A stretch of DNA of 64,000 nucleotides from Octopus vulgaris (lineage: Eukaryota): positions 127,038,001 through 127,102,000 of the forward strand of contig OX597815.1 in assembly GCA_951406725.2 (NCBI GenBank). Direction: 5' to 3'. The position numbers were made by a program, and so were the translations under genes. Positions 24,774 through 36,980 of this stretch are shown one piece after another. The first letter of the stretch is position 1. Every line of letters starts with the position of its first letter. A model generated the notes under the pieces. That model saw only the letters and a program-made list of their open reading frames with translations. It made no database searches and had not been told where the DNA came from.

Positions 24774-25864
24774 CCAATCAGGACTCACGCCATTAGCCAC
24801 AAAGAATAGTCCCTAATTCGACCCTACTCTAATCTACTAAGAATGCGTGTGGAAACTTGAATATCCACCCACCACACGCGATAGACTGGCGGTTACACGG
24901 GCGCAAAAGCTACGTTGTTATCCTCATTCCGTAAACAGTGGCTTTTAACAGGTGGAGAGCTGAACCATCCTGGGGTACTAGGATTTGCAATCTAGACTAG
25001 GGTCTGAAAGTTTAACACACCATGGGTTACACCATGGTTCCTCTGCTTTTTGGCAGAAGTAGGAAGAAAAAGTGAGAGAAAGTTGAGGTGAAAAAGTACA
25101 GTGGGGTTCACCCCCCCACCCCCCGCTGGAGCCTCGTGGTGCTGCTGTTGTTGGTACTGCTGTCACCACTGCTGCTGCTGCTGTTATTTCTCTCTTCAAC
25201 CCAGTATCATTACTTTCTTCCAGTTTGTTACCATTCAAGCGGATGGGAAATATTTGCATTTAAAACTATTATTATAAAAAATTTTTTAAATGATCCATGT
25301 CTTGGTATTTCAGTGGCTACAAATTAAAGAGGATTAACTTTTAGCTAACAGATTAAAATTTAATCCACTTTCATTTTATCACAAAGAGAAAGAAAGAAAA
25401 AGAAAAAAGAAACTAAAAAAGACAGATTACTGAATGTTTGTCTCAGGAGCTAAAATAATTGAAAGGTTCCCATGCCAAGTAGATTGTTGTTGTTGTTGTT
25501 GTTGTTATTGCAACTATTGCTACTGCTGCTATTGTTATTCTTGTTGTTTATTGTTGAAGTTGGTATTTCATTGTTGCCAGTCATTTCACTCATCCTTGTT
25601 GCATCACATTGGCTGTCCAAATTATTCAAATTTTCCAAACCCACCCACATCATACATATACACACACAAGGCACACTTACACATACTCACAGATACACTC
25701 ATGCTCACACACACACCCACTCTCTCTCTTTTCCCTTCTCTCTTAAAAGCCTCCCCATCCTGCACAAACATTTCTCCCCAAATCTCATATATTCTTCTTT
25801 CTAAAATCTCCATTCACCCCCAAGTCTTTCAAGACAGTAAAGTATTAATTTGTTGAAATCTATA

Positions 25865-26045
25865 GAAAAACAAAAGACGAAGACAGGTGTATGAGCAAAC
25901 AAGCAGGTGTATTCATTTGACGCTCGGGAATATGAAAACCTCTTTTGTGTTTCGAGCCAATACTCTTCATCAGAAAGGAATAAGAGAAACTAAACAGTGA
26001 GAGAATGAAAAAAACTTGTAGATTTAGCGGTCAAGCATGGTCAAT
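25865..26045 (-). ncRNA. Decayed minimal hammerhead ribozyme motif in a Penelope pLTR-like repeat
   Basis: Minus strand reads CCTTT-CTGATGA-AGAG-TATTGG-CTC-GAAAC-ACA-AAAG; the catalytic boxes are present but the GUH site is mutated. Confidence 0.55.
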
Positions 26046-26796
26046 TATTTCATTATAAGCAGTCAAGCATGGTCCATTGGTTCATTCTAAGGTGACAAAC
26101 TGGCAGAATGATTAGCATGCCGGGCAAAATGCTTAGTCCCATTTCACCTGTCTTTACATTCTGAGTTCAAATTCTGCTGAGGTTGAATTTGCCTTTCGTC
26201 CTTTTGGGGTTGATAAAAATAAGTACCAATCGAGCACTGGGGTCAATGCAATCGACTATTACTCTCACCAAACATTTCAGGCCTTGTGCCTATATTAGAA
26301 AGGATTAGTTTATTCTAGGTGGTCATTGTTTATTTTTATTCTATCTCTGTTGAAAGCACTTGATTATGATCTCTCAAAAGCAGAGATTTTAAAATATAAT
26401 CAAGCCTTTTCAGTTACCATTGGAAATTTCTGCAGGATGCCAGTGACTGTTCTAAGAGACTCTGAACTACTTTGATAAAAACTAAGTCATCTAGTTTTAT
26501 GCCTATTATCCTATGTATGAAATGTGAGTTAAAAATCATCTGATTTCCATTTCTGATTAAATTTCAAGTACCAGGTTTCATTCATAGTCATGGATAGAAT
26601 ATTTGAATTGTAAGAAATGATATTTCAACTTCAGCATGACTGTCTTTTCTGATCATAAAACAGGTTTAGAATGACAGATATAACTTGTTATATTATACCA
26701 CACGTATTTTTGTGCAGTTTGACTGACAAGTAGAACATGTAGGAGGCAGTGGAAACCAGCAGGAAAACTGACTGGTGTTGTGACACTCCCTCACAT

Positions 26797-26886
<90 letters not shown>
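26797..26886. repeat. (CA)n microsatellite
   Basis: Seen directly. Confidence 0.97.
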
Positions 26887-26891
<5 letters not shown>

Positions 26892-27574
26892 TGCACACAC
26901 ACATACACACACATATATACATACTTATATGCATACATACATATATACATACATATATACACACATACACTCTCCATCATACTCCAGGTATAATTACCAA
27001 TAATGCATTGATAATGATAATAATAGTAATGATGTAATATTGACTATAAGGGCATATAGTGCAATAGTGTAATGTAATGCAGTATAATATAATATAATTG
27101 TCTAATTAGCATGTGTGTGTGTGTGTGCATTTGCAATTGTATAAGTTTATATGATTGTGGGTATGGATGTGTATGCATGTTATGAATGTCTACAAGCTTG
27201 GTGATGTGAATATATGTGAATGCATTTACAAGTCAGTAAACTTATGTACAGAAAAACCAGTGAGCATACAAACACCCATCCACACAATGGCACACACATC
27301 AATACACACACACACACACAGACATACACACACATGCGAACACTTGTGTGTATATACATACAGACACATGATAGTAGATAATAACTGAACATAAAAGTCA
27401 GATGGAAAAAAATTTTGCCGATATGAAGGCTTGAGACACAGTTCAAGCCATATTTGTACAGCTGATAGAACAATAAAAAAAATATGCAGCAGCATGCATG
27501 CATGCATCCATCCATGCATCCATCCATCAATCCATCCATACATCCATCCATCCATACTTACATACATACATACA

Positions 27575-28133
27575 TGGTGGCTGCCCCCTCGTTATTGAGT
27601 ATGGCCATTGCACGAAGTTTAATCAATGTTTTTTATCGTGCAATGACTGTGCAAGAAGATTTTTTTTTAAATTGAGGAAAGGCTGTGCAATCCCACTCAC
27701 AAGTCAATCCCACTCACTAAGCAACAGCAGCCATAATCCGAAAAGAAGAACAAGTCAACATCAACGGTAACCACTGAGCTGCAAGTTTTATGTCGGAGTT
27801 ATCCCAGTTACCTGAGTTACCTTCTCCTAGAAGGATGCCCTAACAAAGGCTAGGAGTCCTTCACTCCTAATGGTTTAACCACGCGGTCGGGTATTCATTC
27901 TGATTATTTCTATGTCCCCGTGCATGATACAGCCTTAAAACATTGGATGGTCGATGACTCTCAAGAGTTCCTCCGCCCTTTGACGGGCTTTGCTTTTCAT
28001 CCCGCAGGGTGTCCAATAAACACCCTCCTCACCAAGCAAGCTTGGTGGGGTTGCCGGTTTAGTCGCCAACGACCCGACTATGCAACAGGTTGTACTGGGT
28101 TACATGTAGCCAGTAGCACTCGAAAGTGACCTG
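27575..28133 (-). mobile_element. Non-autonomous bipartite retroelement (RTE-like 5'UTR + 3' end) inside (CATA)n
   Basis: CpG-retaining 560 bp between (CATA)n tracts; CTAGGAGAAGGTAACTC motif; multiple hairpins; no RT ORF. The RTE assignment is from recollection of similar termini. Confidence 0.55.
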
Positions 28134-28391
28134 ACATACATACATACATACATACATATCATATCATATACTACACCATATCATATACTACACCATATCA
28201 TATACTGCAGCATGAAGGTAAGATCAACAAAATAGTATTCCAACATGTGACATATAAATATTGTTTAATGAACACAGTATATATTTTTATGACCTACTAA
28301 TAGTTTTATGTGAGGAAAATGACACAGACAGCATTTTATAACATGTCTGATGCCTTCATGCAATCTTCAGGCCGTACTCTCATGGCATATA

Positions 28392-28649
28392 TTGGGTTAG
28401 TGCATAATTATTGTGGTTGGCTTATTTTCAGCAAATTTTATTCAACAAAAATAATAACAACATGTAACAAAAACATTTTAAAATGATTATTCCGGAGCAT
28501 ATTCACCATCTACTTCAATTACTACTTTCCATTTCCTTGGTAGATGGTCAGACCGTCATTTAAAGATTTTTTTTTTGTTAAATATTGTTATTGTTTTTGT
28601 TGAATAAAATTTGTTAAAAAGAAGCGGCAATAATTATGCACCAACCCAA
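28392..28649. mobile_element. Mariner-type MITE
   Basis: ~65-bp imperfect TIRs starting TTGGGTTrGTGCATAATTATTG; TA flanks. Confidence 0.85.
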
Positions 28650-28849
28650 TACAAGCTCAAAGAGGATGATAGAATAAGAGAAAATATCAGAACAGGTGAG
28701 AAGAAAGTAGATGTAAAAGATGGAAGGATGGAGCACCTAAAATGAAAGGGAAAAAAAGGAAAAAAAAGGGTAAATTAGAGTTATGTCCCCTTTCACTGTG
28801 AAGCCATAATGAGGCTGAATGGATTGGGGTCTAGAGTCTGTGGGACAGC

Positions 28850-29125
28850 TGCTCAATTTAGTCAATTAGGTCTTAAAATCTCAGTTGCTACTAATTTGTC
28901 AAAAGTTGATTTTTTTTTAGATGTTTCTCTAGATTTAAGCTCTTTCTCTCATAAACGATACCATAAGCCCTGTGAGAAACTTTCCTACCTACACAAACAG
29001 ACTTGCCACCCATCCGTAGTGTTTAAAAACTTGTTATCCAACATATATATTTAACAATATATTTAACCAAATGATATATTTAACCTTTCTTCTTCTAAAC
29101 AAGTTTTTGAAAAGGCAGCTGTAAA
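28850..29125 (+). pseudogene. Penelope-like RT C-terminal fragment
   Basis: LGLKISVATNLSKVDFFLDVSLDL...YHKP...YLHKQTCHP; a shorter related piece lies near 25280-25345. Confidence 0.75.
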
Positions 29126-29363
29126 TGCTTCCAAACTACAATTAAACAATGACTTTTTAACACCAATGATCCACTTCTCATTGTTAATTATTGCTCCATT
29201 TCTTTTCTTTTCTATATATATTAAACCATGGTTTTATCTTTAAATTACCTGCTACCATATACTTTATAGCTAGGACTATACATAGTGAGGTAATACACCA
29301 GGAGTGCCTACGAATACATCTATCCTTTAGATGGTTGCATAACCTCAAACTTATATCTTGCTT

Positions 29364-29417
<54 letters not shown>

Positions 29418-29419
<2 letters not shown>

Positions 29420-30597
29420 GTATTTGCCGAAGTATAAGCTGCACCCGTGTATAAACCACACCCTTGATTATCAGTTCCCAATGGGGGAAAAAATGTGGGG
29501 GAAACTGGAAAATATCTGGGGGCTAATGAAAAGGGAGAAATGTGGGATGAATACAAACTTCAATTTCATGATGATTTCATACTTAACAAACATTTCTGAC
29601 TGCAATCATTGATATTCATAATTATTAATGGAAGAAGATAAAGTCCAGGTTTTAAATGCAGGAGTTAATAAGAGAATGTCTTTTTATTGTGTATTTATAT
29701 TATTTATTCATATTGTGAACTTTATAATGTTTCTTGAAAATGTGCAGTCCTAAAAAGGACCAACTCTAATGGATAGAGATTTCACTCAAAGCCTAAGAAT
29801 TTTTCATCATCAGATGACCCGTTGAAGACCTCATAGAATTGATCATCTGCATATGCCAGTTCATCCTCATCATCGCTGGAGCAGAAAAGGTGGGAGAGAT
29901 GGCATCGTCTTTCCACGAGATGTCATCTTCTGTGCTGTCAAGTGTATTGGATATGCAACACTTCAGGAAAGCTTGCTTGATGATGTCATCTAGAATCTCC
30001 TCCCAGACCTTCAGAATCCACTCACAGATCATCCCCAAGTCAATTTTCTTCATGTGCCCGGTCTTTGTCATCTCCTTCGCAGCATTGGCTATCCAATCCT
30101 CCCAGCAGTACTTGAGACGGTCCTTAAATGGTTTGTTGATTGCAACATCAAAGGGTTGAAGAAGAGATGTCATTCCCCCAGTGATCATAGCCATGTCGAT
30201 GTCATATCTTCGACTTGGTTTCTTCTGACTTGTGGCATCTGAATGTGTCCAGAACCAGGAGACTCCTTCTCTGATGCAGTCCACTGATGCACCAACCCCA
30301 CACTACCCAGAACCAGTCCTCAATGAATGCCTGATCCATCCAACCTTTCACTTGGGCTAGAACGATGACCCTTTCTGGAAACTTGGTGCCTTTGGGTAGT
30401 GTCTTCCTCTTGGCAGCTTTCCTCCATCAGCCATGCAAACCAGCATCACCATAAAACATGTGAATCTTGGATAATTACAAGAAATAATGTTCAGGTTTTA
30501 GATTGACTTTTTTTGTACCCATGTATAAACTGCATCCCACCTTTTCGTGGATTTTCCTGTCAGAAAAAATGTGTGGTTAATACACTGGAAAATACGG
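29418..30597 (-). mobile_element. pogo/Tigger-like DNA transposon, internally deleted
   Basis: TIRs CCGTATTT(G/T)CC..GTAT.A.C..CAC, TA flanks; DDE_1-like fragment GGMTSLLQPFDVAINKPFKDRL...AFLKCCISN. Confidence 0.9.
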
Positions 30598-30890
30598 TAT
30601 ATATAACATGTGTGTGTGTGTAGAAGTTTTATTGATGTAAAACGATTAGAATCTGATTTCTTCAATTTCTGACAATGACAATACTGATTTTGATAACATC
30701 GACAATGACATCACTAGAGGCAGCAACAACTGAGGTGATGGCAGTGGCAGTAGTGGTGGTGGCAGTGACATTGGTGATAATGATGACAACAACAATGATG
30801 ACAATGAAAGTGATGATGATGATGACGATTGTTATTAGTATTGTTGATGATGCTGTTGCTTTTATTTTTTATCTATATCTACAATACATA

Positions 30891-31171
30891 CAGGTCATCA
30901 TTGACTTACGACCGATGTGACTTATGCCTGATCAACTTTACGATTGGTGCGCCAACTCCTGGCAGCAATAATCAATGGTCCAGTTGAAATCTAATGGGTT
31001 TAATTTCTTAGAAATATACAGAATGCTGTGTGTCACTTTTACCTGAGAATGTACCTTAAGAATGTAAAAATATAAAACAAAAGCTACGTAGGCCTATAGG
31101 CCAACTTATGACCAAATCGACTTAGACCAGTCACTCGGAACCAATTGTGGTCGTAAGTTGACGACGACCTG
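30891..31171. mobile_element. Tigger-type MITE
   Basis: ~23-bp TIRs CAGGTCrTCrTyrACTTACGACC; TA on both sides. Confidence 0.85.
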
Positions 31172-31699
31172 TATATTCAAATGTCAACACATCCAACTTG
31201 CATAGAGATAGGTGCTAAGTTGTCTGCTAAGAAAAGTCTACAATGCACCACCTTGGTACCTGCTTATTTCACTTCAGCTCTCCCTGCAGTTTTTAATCAG
31301 AGTCAACAGCCAAGAAAGGAACAGTAATCAATGCAATTTAAGACAAAAATGCATGACACAAATACATGGTGATTATTTGATCTACAGATGATAACAAGAA
31401 GAGCTGCAATACTTTATTGGTTGATGAGAAGGGTGGAGATTAGAGCTGACATTGGTGAAGTGGTTCTGAAGCAGGGATAAGTGAGAGGGTAGAAGACAGA
31501 ACGAATGTTCATACATCAAAAACTTTTCCAGTCACTGAGTAGTATTCTTGGGGAAAAGAGTAAATTTTCTTCAGCAAGTTTTGAGGAAAAGATACCATAG
31601 TAGTAGGAGGAGGAGGAGAAGGAGGTACAGGAGTGACAGCAATAGTAGAGAGTGGCAGTGATAGCAGCAGCTGGAAAAGAAGAGGCAGGGAAAGAACAA

Positions 31700-34170
31700 C
31701 AATGACATCATCATCATCATCGTTTAACATCTGTTTTCCATGCTAGCATGGGTTGGATGGTTTGACTGGGGTCTAGGAAGCCAGGAGGCTGCACCAGGCT
31801 CCAGTGCCCTTCCTAATGCCAACTACTCCGTGAGTGTAGTGGATGCTTTTTACATGCCACCGGCACAGGGGCCGGAGGAGGTTAGCAATGTCCATGATCA
31901 GTTGGTGCTTTCTACGTGCCACCGGCATGGACGCCAGTCAAGGTGGCACTGGCATCGACCATGTTTGGATGGTGTTTTTTATGTGCCACCGGCAAGAGTA
32001 TCACAACTTCAATTTCCATTTGATTTTTTATTTTGATGTTGATGTACTTCACTCAATAGGTCTCCTCAAGCACAGCAGGTCACCCTACGATCCAAGTTAG
32101 GCACAGCAGGCCATCTTGTGATCCAAGGTTCTTTGGATGGGTTGGTGCAGGAAACAGCCATGAACTCATGTTATTTGTTGGGTCTTCGCAGTCACAGCAT
32201 ATCTCCAGAGATCTCAGTCTTTCGTCATTGCCTCTATGAGGCCCAACGTTTGAAGGTCATGCTTGACCACCTCATCCCATGTCTTCCTGGGACTACTTCT
32301 ACTCCGGATTCCTTCAACTGTTTGGGAGTGGTACTTCTTCACACATCTCTCCTTATCCATCCGTAGTACATGAGCATACTAATGCAAACGTCTCTCCTGC
32401 ACGCCACATCCGATGCTTCTTATGTCCAACATTTCTCTCAGGTTGCTTACACTCTGTCGCATGTGCACACTGACATTACACATCCAGTGGATCATGCTAG
32501 TGTAGCGGTCTCTGATATCCTCACTGTTGAGAGACACGGCAGGAATGATCTCGTTTGAGATTACAGCCATCTTTGGCCGAGTTGTTCCTGTTGTAACCAC
32601 TGACCTGATTGGTTGACAAGTGGCGCGATTTGTGTCTACTTATTTTGCGCCACTGGCCAAAACCAACCAATCACGGCCTTTGGTTAAGGTCCCTTTTCCT
32701 AGGCTCTGTTGAGCCACCTTACTTGTATATAAGGGAGTGTTCTCAGTATACTTGGGTCTTTGGTTCTAGTCCTTCTAAGGGCTAACCTCTGGCCACAGAG
32801 CTACTCAACATGCTCCAGTCACAGCGACAGACAATCAGCCATGACGACGTTAATGTACACCCGCAACAGAAAGCCTTCTATCTCCGCCGCCATCGTCACC
32901 ATCATTGTACCAACTTCAAATCATCTCTACCATCGTCGCCTTCACCACCGTCCACTTCAGACATGTCCACACCAACTTCACAGATCCACGCTGTTAGAGT
33001 GAATCCCTTCACCAAGTAGAAACAGTCCATCTGAAGAATTCTATATTAAGAGAACCAGCTCAGCGATTGAGACCACGACCGCGGCTCAACAATAATTCGC
33101 CCAACCGGTCTCCGCCCGAGACACATCTTGATATTGAACTCTTACATACCGTGTACCTCATGAACTGTAAACCAATTTCCACCATTAACTCTATGCTCTG
33201 TATTTTCTGTGTCACACGCATTCACCCTCATTTGTATCTGTCACACACACGAACACACAGACACAAACACGTGTTGCATACACACATACACAACACTTGC
33301 TAGCGCTCACAACCTTCTAACCTTAACACCATTGTAAATAAAGTCTTATCTATCTCTCAAACAGTGGAATGGCTTGTCGTCAATTCATCTATATTCTGTT
33401 GGCACTGCATTGCATAAATTGTATTTATGGCTTATCTTATTTCGTTAGGGATGCGACCGTGTGACTTACCTACATCGCCAACCTCCACTAGCTTCATTTC
33501 TTTCAAGCCTACGCATGTCCTCTGCCGTCACAGTCCATGTTTCACTGCCATGAAGCATGGCAGTTCGCACACATGCGTTGTACAATCTACCTTTCACTCT
33601 GAGTGAGAGACCCTTTGTCGCCAGTAGAGGAAGAAGCTTTTCAAACTTTGCCCAGGCTATTCTTGTTCTAGTGGTAACACTCTCTGAGCATCCACCCCAC
33701 TACTAACTTGGTCACCTAGGTAGCGGAAGCTATCAACTACTTCTAGTTTCTCCCCCTTGAGTGTGATGGAATCTGTTTTCTGAGTATCTGTGGTGTCTAT
33801 TGCCCCTGTGCATCTGCCACATATGAAAGCTGTCTTCTATGTTAATTTTCCTTTGATGTTGCTGCACCTCTTATGTGTCCATAGCTTACACTGGGTACAT
33901 CTTATGGAGTTTCTACCTACACCTTTTCTACAGATCAAGCAGGGCCACCTACTCGAGGGTGTGTGTGATGAGTTTGCCTTCTTACTTACTAGAACTTTGG
34001 TCTTTGCTACATTGACACTAAGGCCTTTTGATTCTAAACTTAGCTTCCACACCTGAAATTTCTTTTCTAGTTCCGGTAGTGATTCTGCTATGAGGGTAAG
34101 GTCATCAGCAAAGAGGAGCTCCTAGGGGCAACCTGTCTTGAATTCCTGTTATTGCCTGGAGGACTATGAT
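31700..34170 (-). mobile_element. RTE-clade LINE fragment with 3' tail, interrupted by the solo LTR
   Basis: WKLSLESKGLSVNVAKTKV, WPCLICRKGVGRNSIRCTQCKLWTHKRC, CGVQERRLH; (GAT)n tail near 31705-31722. Confidence 0.85.
32501..33487 (+). mobile_element. Solo LTR (987 bp) inserted in an RTE element
   Basis: TG...CA termini; 4-bp TSD CTAG (32497-32500, 33488-33491); CCAAT motifs; TATATAA at 32726; AATAAA at 33337; the RTE sequence resumes seamlessly on both sides. Confidence 0.85.
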
Positions 34171-34889
34171 AACGTTGTCGTTTAATGTCTGGTTTTCATG
34201 CTGACATGGGTTGGATAGTTTGACTGAGGACTGGCAGACCAGGAGGCTGCACAAGGCTCCAATCTGATTTGGTAAGGTTTCTACAACTGGATGTCCTTCC
34301 TAATGCCAGACACTGAGAGTGTAGTGGGTGCTTTTTACATGCCACTGGCATGGGAGCCAGTCAGGTGCACTGGCATCAGCCACACTTGAATGGCACTTTT
34401 TACATTGATGACAATGACATCAAGGAGGAGGAAGAGGTGTTGAGAAAGACAGTTTGGGAAGTATTTTGTTGGGTGTATACCATGTAGTAAAGTTGGAGGC
34501 AATGCAATCATTTAATGCTTTTTCAGCAAAATTGTTGATAATGGAATCATGTTGACCAAGGAACAGTAGGTTGTAGGTTTCTGTAAGTTCATACAGATCC
34601 TCTTATCAAAAGAAAAACAGGTTCTGCTACTATTTGGTAAATGGAGAAGCTAGTGAGATGTGCAATTAAACAAAGGCAGTTTTTTTTTTTTTTTTTCTGG
34701 TGGTATTTTCACTAGTATTATAGGGGCATTCTCCCATTTGGTGCTGGTAATCAAATGTCTTCAGAAGTTGTAGTAAATCCTCTTTGTCCATAACTGCTGT
34801 GGCACAGATGAAGGAAAAGCACTTGGAAAGTTTGGCAGGATTATTTTGTGTGAAAAATGTGAAGGTTTAGAACCACTCATTGACATCTT

Positions 34890-36753
34890 TTATCTTTTAC
34901 TGTGGCCATGCTGGGGCACCACCTTGAAGAATTTTTAGTCAAATGAATCAACCCCAGGACCTACTTTCTTTTTAAGGCTGGTTGTCAAGAGGTGGTGGAG
35001 GACAAACAGATATAAAGACACACACAAAATCGCAGACATAACCTTCACTGCCACCGACATCGTAGCAACAATAAATGAGGTCAAACATTACTCTGCTGTA
35101 GGCCCTGATAGATTTCCCGCCAGTCTCCTGAAGGAATGTAGATATCAACTTGCAGTCCCTCTGACCAACCTCTGGAGAAACTCGTTAGACGCAGGTTATA
35201 TACCGAAAAAGTTTCTATCCCAGTCGGTCATCCCGGTTTTCAAACAGGGAAACAGATCCCTCGCAGTCAACTATCGCCCAATCTCACTCACCTCCCACAT
35301 CATTAAAGTGTTTGAAAGAGTGTTAAGATCAAGGATAGCTGACTTCCTGGAGACCCACAAACTCCTAAATTCAAATCAGCATGGCTTTCGCTGTGGCAGG
35401 GACTGTCTAACACAGCTCTTACACCACATTGAAGATGTACTCAAAGCCTTGGGAACAGGTTCGAACTCTGACGTCATATACCTTGACTTCAGTAAAGCGT
35501 TCGACAGGGTAGACCATAACATCCTACTCTCAAAATTGGCAAATGTTGGAATCCGTGGAAAAGTTCTACACTGGATTCAGTATTTCCTAGCGAATAGAAC
35601 ACAACATGTTGTAGTTGATGGAGTCCACTCAAACCCAGCAAAAGTCACCAGCGGTGTTCCCCAGGGAACTGTTTTGGGTCCGCTACTCTTCATAATTTAT
35701 GTAAACGACCTTTCCAGTGTCGTACATCACTGCAAAGTGAAAATATTCGCTGATGACACTAAGCTCCAGCAAATCGTCAATGAAGAAGCAGACCGAACTC
35801 AACTCCAGTCTGACCTATATGCTGTGAGTCAATGGGCAGACAGAAACAAAATGCAACTGAATGAGGGAAAATTTGAGCTGATGCATTTTGGAAGAAATTC
35901 CTCACTAAAACAACCATACTCTCTTCCTTCAGGGGAACCGCTCACAGCCTCTAACAATATCAGAGACCTGGGTGTAATTGTTGATGACGATCTCAGTTGG
36001 AGTGCACACATCAACAAGAAGGTCGATACAGTTCGTAGGATGAGTTCCTGGATCTTAAGAACTTTCCGATCCAGAGAACAAGGTGTCATCATACCACTTT
36101 TTTCATCCTTTGTACGGCCACACCTTGAATACTGCTGCCCACTGTGGTCTCCTCACACAAGACAAAACATCTCCAGAATTGAGTCACCCCAGAGGGCTCT
36201 CACTAAACAAATTGAAGGCATGGCTGCTCTCGACTATTGGGATCGCCTTAAAGCCTTGAAACTTTACTCCCTCCAGCGTCGCCGTGAGCAGTACATCATT
36301 TGTACGATGTGGAAAATATACCGCCAACTTTGCCCAAACGACCTAAGCATTAGCTTCAAGGTTCATCCGAGACTTGGACCACGGGCTATACGTCCCCTGC
36401 CAAATTCAAGATCACAACATACATGTACACTGCAACATAATTTCTTTTCTTCAACAGGCCCTGCCCTATTTAACATTGTCCCGAGGGAGATCAAAGAGGA
36501 AAAGGATCCCATCAACTTCAAACAGAGTCTGGATAGATTCCTTCAAAGAATACCAGATAAGCCACCCATAATTGGATACAACTCACTACTTGAACAAAAC
36601 TGGATACAACTCACCCAACAAGAACTCACTACTTGAACAAAACTTGACTTAAACAGGATTCGAATAATCCTATCAGGTGGTGCTATTAAGTTAGACATGG
36701 CCTGGACCAATCTCTGGTCGAAACATATCTAAGTTTTATCTAAGTTTTATATG

Positions 36754-36819
<66 letters not shown>

Positions 36820-36980
36820 ACAGGCTTCTTTCAGTTTCTATCTATCAAATTCACTTGCAAGGCTTTGATTGGCTCAGTGCTATAGCAGAAGACACTTTTC
36901 CAAGTTGCCACGCAGTGGGACTGAATCCAGAACCATGTGGTTGAGAAGCAAATTTCTTACCACACAGACATACCTGCACT
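34890..36980 (-). mobile_element. SINE family B copy split by the CR1-like LINE (halves about 34890-35028 and 36818-36980)
   Basis: The halves match the two sides of the internal microsatellite seen in the contiguous copy at 1-310. Confidence 0.75.
35029..36750 (+). mobile_element. 5'-truncated CR1/L2-group LINE with uninterrupted RT frame
   Basis: Frame open from 35029 (IADITF...NYRPISLTS) through ORF 35308-36636 (YLDFSKAFD, GVPQGTVLGP, FADD, RPHLEYC); short tandem tail (AAGTTTTATCT-like). Confidence 0.93.

Noticed and set aside
24460-24809. Poly-Glu / poly-Leu ORFs
   Set aside because: Produced by (TTC)n and (GTT/GCT)n repeats.
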